Below are positions 59,941 to 64,000 of a stretch of 64,000 bases of DNA, piece after piece. This DNA is from Bacteroidales bacterium. Lineage in GTDB: Bacteria; Bacteroidota; Bacteroidia; Bacteroidales; UBA932. The stretch lies in NCBI GenBank assembly GCA_017634595.1, contig JAGBNC010000009.1, forward strand, positions 5,559 to 69,558, read 5' to 3'. The notes beneath the pieces are model-generated. The model was not told where the DNA came from, did no database searches, and saw nothing but the letters and a program-made list of their open reading frames with translations. Each line of letters begins with the position of its first letter. Positions within the stretch are counted from its first letter, which is position 1. The translations under genes were made by a program, and so were the position numbers.

Positions 59941-60685
59941 GGTCAATGTCTTTGAAAGTGTTGAAGACGACAGTTTTGACGGACGATTCAGGGTGACTCG
60001 CCATCCAGGAACGGACGGTGGAAACGGCAATCTCGCAGGCCTGGTCATTGGGGAAGCGGAATTCTCCCGTGGAGATGCAACAGAAAGCAATGGATGCCAG
60101 ACCATGCTTGTGTGCAAGATCCAGGCAGGATGTGTAGCAGGAAGCCAGCTGCACTTTCTGCTGGCGGAGGGGCCGGGGAGTCGTCACAATGGGACCGACA
60201 GTGTGAATGACATGCTTTGCCGGGAGGTTGAACCCAGGCGTTATTCTGGCACTGCCCGTTGGCTCTTCCGTGCCGTGCATCATCTTCTCGCACGCAAGCC
60301 TGAGCTGTACGCCCGCCGCCGAATGGATGGCATTGTCAATGCAGCGGTGAAGGGGCACAAAACAGCCCAGCATCTGCGAATTGGCGGCATTGACGATGGC
60401 GTCCACCTTCAGGCGTGTGATGTCGCCCTGCCATTCGCGAAGAGATTGACCTGCAATCTCCACCACCCCTTTCTCCGCCAACTGCGCCTGCAACTCTTCA
60501 TCCTGCACCTGCAGGAACTCCTCAGATACAGGCACCGGCGGCCGCACGTTCATCAGTGCCCGGAAAAAGTCCCGCCTCTCCTGCAGGGAGTCCGGTACGG
60601 GCATATGCCGATACCTGGGATTCTCATCCAGCAGGCATCGGCAAAGCCACTCAAGACGATTATATTCAGAATCCGAATTTTCCAT
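59906..60685 (-). CDS. Zn-binding macrodomain protein-ADP-ribose hydrolase
   Basis: WQGDIT, AIVNAAN, GCFVPLHRCIDNAIH (C-x4-H-x-C), HTVGP, CISTGEF. Confidence 0.92.
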   Translation of the reverse strand: MENSDSEYNRLEWLCRCLLDENPRYRHMPVPDSLQERRDFFRALMNVRPPVPVSEEFLQVQDEELQAQLAEKGVVEIAGQSLREWQGDITRLKVDAIVNAANSQMLGCFVPLHRCIDNAIHSAAGVQLRLACEKMMHGTEEPTGSARITPGFNLPAKHVIHTVGPIVTTPRPLRQQKVQLASCYTSCLDLAHKHGLASIAFCCISTGEFRFPNDQACEIAVSTVRSWMASHPESSVKTVVFNTFKDIDHELYQIALAKG

Positions 60686-60917
60686 AAATCATAACAATTG
60701 ATAATCGACACAAAAATAATAATATACTTTATATTTGTCAAGTAGATACTTTTTTGTAAGTATATAGTTTTTTCGTAAGAAATGGAAAAGAATGTAATTG
60801 ACGCGATATATATGGTGATTACTTTTTTGATAATATTTTTTTTCGGGTAGTTTTTTTATGCTTACTATTGGAAAGTATAAATATCTTCTTTACCTTTGCT
60901 GCATCAAATCACGCGTC

Positions 60918-61268
60918 ATGAAAGAAGTCAATACCGCTTATCTTACTTGTCCCATTCGGAATGTCATCGCCCGTTTCGGCGACAAATGGTCCCTGCTGGT
61001 CCTGTATCACCTGCATAAGTATGGGACCCTTCGCTTTGGCCAAATATATAAGGAAATGAGTGATGTGTCCGAGAAGATGTTGTCGGCCACGCTCAAGAGT
61101 TTGGAGCGGGACGGCCTTGTTAGGCGTAAAGCTTATCCGGAGGTTCCGCCGCGCGTGGAATATTCCCTTACTTCGCTTGGAGAATCCTTGATGCCTCACG
61201 TGGACGGCCTCGTCGGCTGGGCGGTGGAACACTTTCAAGATGTCACGCACGGGAAAGTACTTGTATAA
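60918..61268 (+). CDS. HxlR-family winged-helix regulator
   Basis: CPIR...GDKWS...LRFG...SEKML...LERDGLV.R..YPEVPPRVEYSLT..G. Confidence 0.93.
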   Translation: MKEVNTAYLTCPIRNVIARFGDKWSLLVLYHLHKYGTLRFGQIYKEMSDVSEKMLSATLKSLERDGLVRRKAYPEVPPRVEYSLTSLGESLMPHVDGLVGWAVEHFQDVTHGKVLV

Positions 61269-61279
61269 ACCTCAGAGCC

Positions 61280-61732
61280 ATGAAAGAAGCACTGGATTTC
61301 CTAAAAGAGAACAATGAGGTGGCATTTGCCACCATTGGAAATGGCCGTCCGCAGATGCGCGTATTCCAGATTATGAAGCAGTATGAAACCACTCTCTGGT
61401 TCGCCACTGGTCCACACAAACGCGTCTATGCGGAATTGCAAGAGAATCCCGCTGTGGAGATTCTTTCCCGGAAAGGAAACGTCTCAGTTCGCGTGAGCGG
61501 CGATGCCGTATTTGATATCCCAGACGATATCTGCAAGGAGATCTACAAAACCAATCCTGTCCTGCCCAGGTTATATCCGGACTACAGGTCCCTGGCCTAT
61601 TTCCGCGTAGAGATTGACCGCCTGGATTACTATGACCTTACACCCACTCCGCCAGTCCTCCGCCACTATGACCGCACAACTGGACAGTACGTGGATTTGA
61701 ATCCTTTTGGAGAGAAGAAAACGAAGGTGTAA
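61280..61732 (+). CDS. Pyridoxamine 5'-phosphate oxidase-like FMN-binding protein
   Basis: FATI..GRPQMR, LWFAT...K.VY.EL..NP.VE. Confidence 0.85.
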   Translation: MKEALDFLKENNEVAFATIGNGRPQMRVFQIMKQYETTLWFATGPHKRVYAELQENPAVEILSRKGNVSVRVSGDAVFDIPDDICKEIYKTNPVLPRLYPDYRSLAYFRVEIDRLDYYDLTPTPPVLRHYDRTTGQYVDLNPFGEKKTKV

Positions 61733-61761
61733 ATTCGTGTTTATCAGTGAGATGAATAACC

Positions 61762-61786
61762 GGGAGCGCAATCACTGCACTTCCGG
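61762..61786. repeat. REP-like hairpin, copy 2
   Basis: 24/25 identical to 26056-26080; lies downstream of the PNPOx-like gene. Confidence 0.7.
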
Positions 61787-61964
61787 AATTTTTTATAAGT
61801 AATTCACACCAGCCGTCGCATTTGCCATCGCGTCGGACCAGGTAGGCTATCTCCGACAGACTGTATGGGATGTAAACTATAGTGTCTGGACGAAATAGTC
61901 AGAAAGGTTGGACTAAATAGAAAAGCCGGTTTGTCTGAATCATCGTACCTTTGCTTCCAGATAG

Positions 61965-62345
61965 GTGATGGAACTGTTATACAATGTAATGGACTGCTCA
62001 AAGAACATCTTCCGCCAGATGCTCCAATTGCGTCAACCAGTAAAGGTGGACGTTCATCGCGTGGTGGAGGAAAACTACACTTCACCCATATCGCTTGAAG
62101 AATTGGCCTATCTCTCTGGCCGCTCCCTCTCCAGTTTCAAACGCGATTTCCAGAGCATCTACGGAGAGCCACCTGCCAAATGGATTCGTGAGAAGCGATT
62201 GTCGAAAGCACATCAGATGCTTCTGTCCTCTCAACTGTCCGTTGCAGATGTGGCTTATAGTCTTGGTTTCGATAATCCCACCCATTTCAGCCGTATCTTT
62301 AAACAGCAATATGGATCTTCGCCATCCGCGCTAAGAAATCGTTAA
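61965..62345 (+). pseudogene. AraC regulator, C-terminal half only
   Basis: ISLEELAYLSGRSLSSFKRDF...GFDNPTHFSRIFK; the sensor domain is absent and the ORF starts just after a TACCTTTG promoter. Confidence 0.75.
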
Positions 62346-62428
62346 CAGTATAGCGATGCTCTCTTCGCTATAGCAATTGTCATTCTTTTTCCCTTGCCTT
62401 TTTATTTAAACCGGCAAGTAAATTCACA

Positions 62429-62480
62429 TTTATTGGTATAACAAGGCCCCAGTAGTCCAGTTGGATTGCCGGGGCTTTGT
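62429..62480. repeat. 52-bp hairpin repeat, copy 2
   Basis: 49/52 identical to 26781-26832. Confidence 0.85.
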
Positions 62481-62576
62481 TGTGATGTAGGGAAGAGGTA
62501 GGATCCATCCGGGAACATTCCCGGAACGCGCCATGCCATACCTCTGGACGAGCGCAGACTTTGACCGGATTCTGTT

Positions 62577-62687
62577 TCAGTCCTGGTTCTGGCTCTCGAT
62601 GTAGGCGATGATGCCGCCGTCAACGTGCAGCTGGACAATGGCGGCTTTGCCTTCGTCGCTGAGGAGGAACTCCAGCGAATCCTTGCA
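62577..62687 (-). pseudogene. Amidase C-terminal fragment
   Basis: CKDSLEFLLSDEGKAAIVQLHVDG aligns with SLAFLESAEGKKAIITLHVEG of the remnant at 45418. Confidence 0.7.
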
Positions 62688-62996
62688 GGCGAGAAGCCCA
62701 TCCGTGTTTCCATTTCCATGCGCGGCAAGCGTTACATCACCACCATCGGCTACACCATCACTTGCTACCGCAACGGCACCCGTTACGATGAAGTGTACCC
62801 AAAATATGAGCCGATCGGCACTCACACCGGCCGCAAGACCTTCATCTGCTTCATGCTCTCCATCGGCATCGCCCCCCAGGTCGTCATGAAATTCACCGGC
62901 CATGCCGACTACAAATCCATGAAGCCCTACATCGACATCGCCGAAAAAGCCAAGACCGACGCTATGGATGCGATGGAAAGAGCGCTCGCCGAATAA
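62688..62996 (+). mobile_element. Collapsed tyrosine integrase (arm-binding N-terminus fused to catalytic C-terminus)
   Basis: GEKPIRVSISMRGKRYITTIGYTI is joined to TCYR...PKYE.IGTHTGRKTF...FTGH...MKPY; box I (catalytic Arg) is missing. Confidence 0.8.
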
Positions 62997-63019
62997 GGAA
63001 AAATGTAGCGAGCTTGTAA

Positions 63020-63078
63020 TATTCGTCCCAAAAAGTGTAATGATTTTGAATTATTCGCCCCAAAAAGTGTAAATTTGC
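63020..63078 (+). promoter_or_regulatory. 21-bp direct repeats overlapping the promoter
   Basis: TATTCGYCCCAAAAAGTGTAA at 63020 and 63052 (20/21 identical); the second copy overlaps TAAATTTG. Confidence 0.7.
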
Positions 63079-63102
63079 ATCCAGACCATAGAACGAGCCC
63101 CT

Positions 63103-64000
63103 ATGCTTAAAAGAAAAATAGAAGAAACCCTGGTCCAGTGGAAGAATACGCCGGACCACCTTCCGCTTGTCATCAAAGGTGTCCGCCAGTGTGGCAAAAC
63201 CTTCATCGTACAACGGTTTGCAGAACAGCATTACGAATCCGTTGTGTACGTCAACTTCGCCTTGGAAGCCGGCAAGATTACGGCCTTCCTCGGCAATAAA
63301 GACGTGAACACCATCCTGCTGAACCTCTCCACATTAATGCCTGATGCCAAGTTTATCCCCGGCAAGACCTGCATCATTCTGGACGAGATTCAGGACTGTC
63401 CGGATGCGAGGACTTCCCTCAAATCCTTCAAGCAGGACGGACGCTTCGACATCATCGCCACCGGTTCATTGCTGGGCGTCAAGGGCTACGGCGACAAGAA
63501 GAAAAAGAACAAGAACAAGAAGCTGGGAAAGAATTCCGTCCCCGTGGGCTTCGAAACCATCATTTCCATGTGCCCCCTGGACTTCGAAGAATTCCTCTGG
63601 GCAAACGGCATCCGCCAGGAAGCCATCGATGCCGTCCGGCGATGCTTCGATCAGGAGATTCCCGTTCCCGAAGGCGTCCACCACGCATTCAGGCAACTCT
63701 TCTTCCGCTATATAGTGGTTGGCGGACTTCCTGCAGCCATCAATAAATTCCTGGAAACAAACCACATGGGCGAGGTGGCCGAAGTGTACAAATCCATCAT
63801 CGACGAATACGAGGACGACATGGTGAAATACGCCGACGATGCCGACAAGCCGCACATCCGTGAATGCTTTGAATCCATCCCGGCACAGCTGGCCAAGGAG
63901 AACAAGAAATTCCAGTACGCCACCATCAAAAAAGGCGCCCGTGCCTCCCAGTACCTGGGTAGCCTCCAGTGGTTGGAAGACGCAGGCATCATCCGCCGCT
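63103..64000 (+). CDS. AAA_14/DUF4143 ATP-binding protein (runs off the window)
   Basis: MLKRKI...GVRQCGKT, IILDEIQ, IIATGSLLG, VGGLP; open to the window end, so missing from the ORF track. Confidence 0.92.
   Translation, partial: MLKRKIEETLVQWKNTPDHLPLVIKGVRQCGKTFIVQRFAEQHYESVVYVNFALEAGKITAFLGNKDVNTILLNLSTLMPDAKFIPGKTCIILDEIQDCPDARTSLKSFKQDGRFDIIATGSLLGVKGYGDKKKKNKNKKLGKNSVPVGFETIISMCPLDFEEFLWANGIRQEAIDAVRRCFDQEIPVPEGVHHAFRQLFFRYIVVGGLPAAINKFLETNHMGEVAEVYKSIIDEYEDDMVKYADDADKPHIRECFESIPAQLAKENKKFQYATIKKGARASQYLGSLQWLEDAGIIRR

Noticed and set aside
1-64000. tRNA, rRNA, riboswitches, reverse transcriptase or intact transposase
   Set aside because: No diagnostic motifs were seen by eye. A tRNAscan-SE/Infernal run would be needed to exclude divergent RNAs.

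Overview
A 64-kb accessory (plasticity) region from a Bacteroidales-type genome. The taxonomy is inferred from many TAnnTTTG promoters, abundant lipoproteins and type V pilin-like genes. It contains: (i) housekeeping-like transport and redox genes at 2.5-19 kb (rhomboid, glutaredoxin, AzoR-like reductase, Fe-S aldo/keto reductase, AspT/YidE, SLC13, Na/Pi and Ca/Na transporters) and two M49/DPP-III-like lipoproteins whose zinc motif is broken; (ii) a long mosaic of AraC regulators, flavodoxins, aldo/keto reductases, SDRs and MBL hydrolases at 19-40 kb and 57-62 kb; (iii) two convergent fimbrillin-like lipoprotein units, each headed by an unannotated 40-50 aa YxAP peptide (40.7-45.2 kb); (iv) a defence island at 45.9-54.1 kb: type III R-M, a lipoprotein, a zinc-repeat nuclease, a DUF3883 nuclease and a WYL regulator; (v) a Zn-macrodomain/SirTM ADP-ribosylation pair; (vi) a collapsed integrative element. 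The most unusual window-wide signal is about a dozen 'skeleton' genes whose N- and C-terminal parts are fused, usually at 5-9 bp junctions that read correctly in both halves. A 51-bp-repeat element carrying a complete Bacteroidetes promoter occurs in three places. No rRNA, tRNA, CRISPR array or cas genes were seen. All family assignments come from motif recognition by eye, not database searches.
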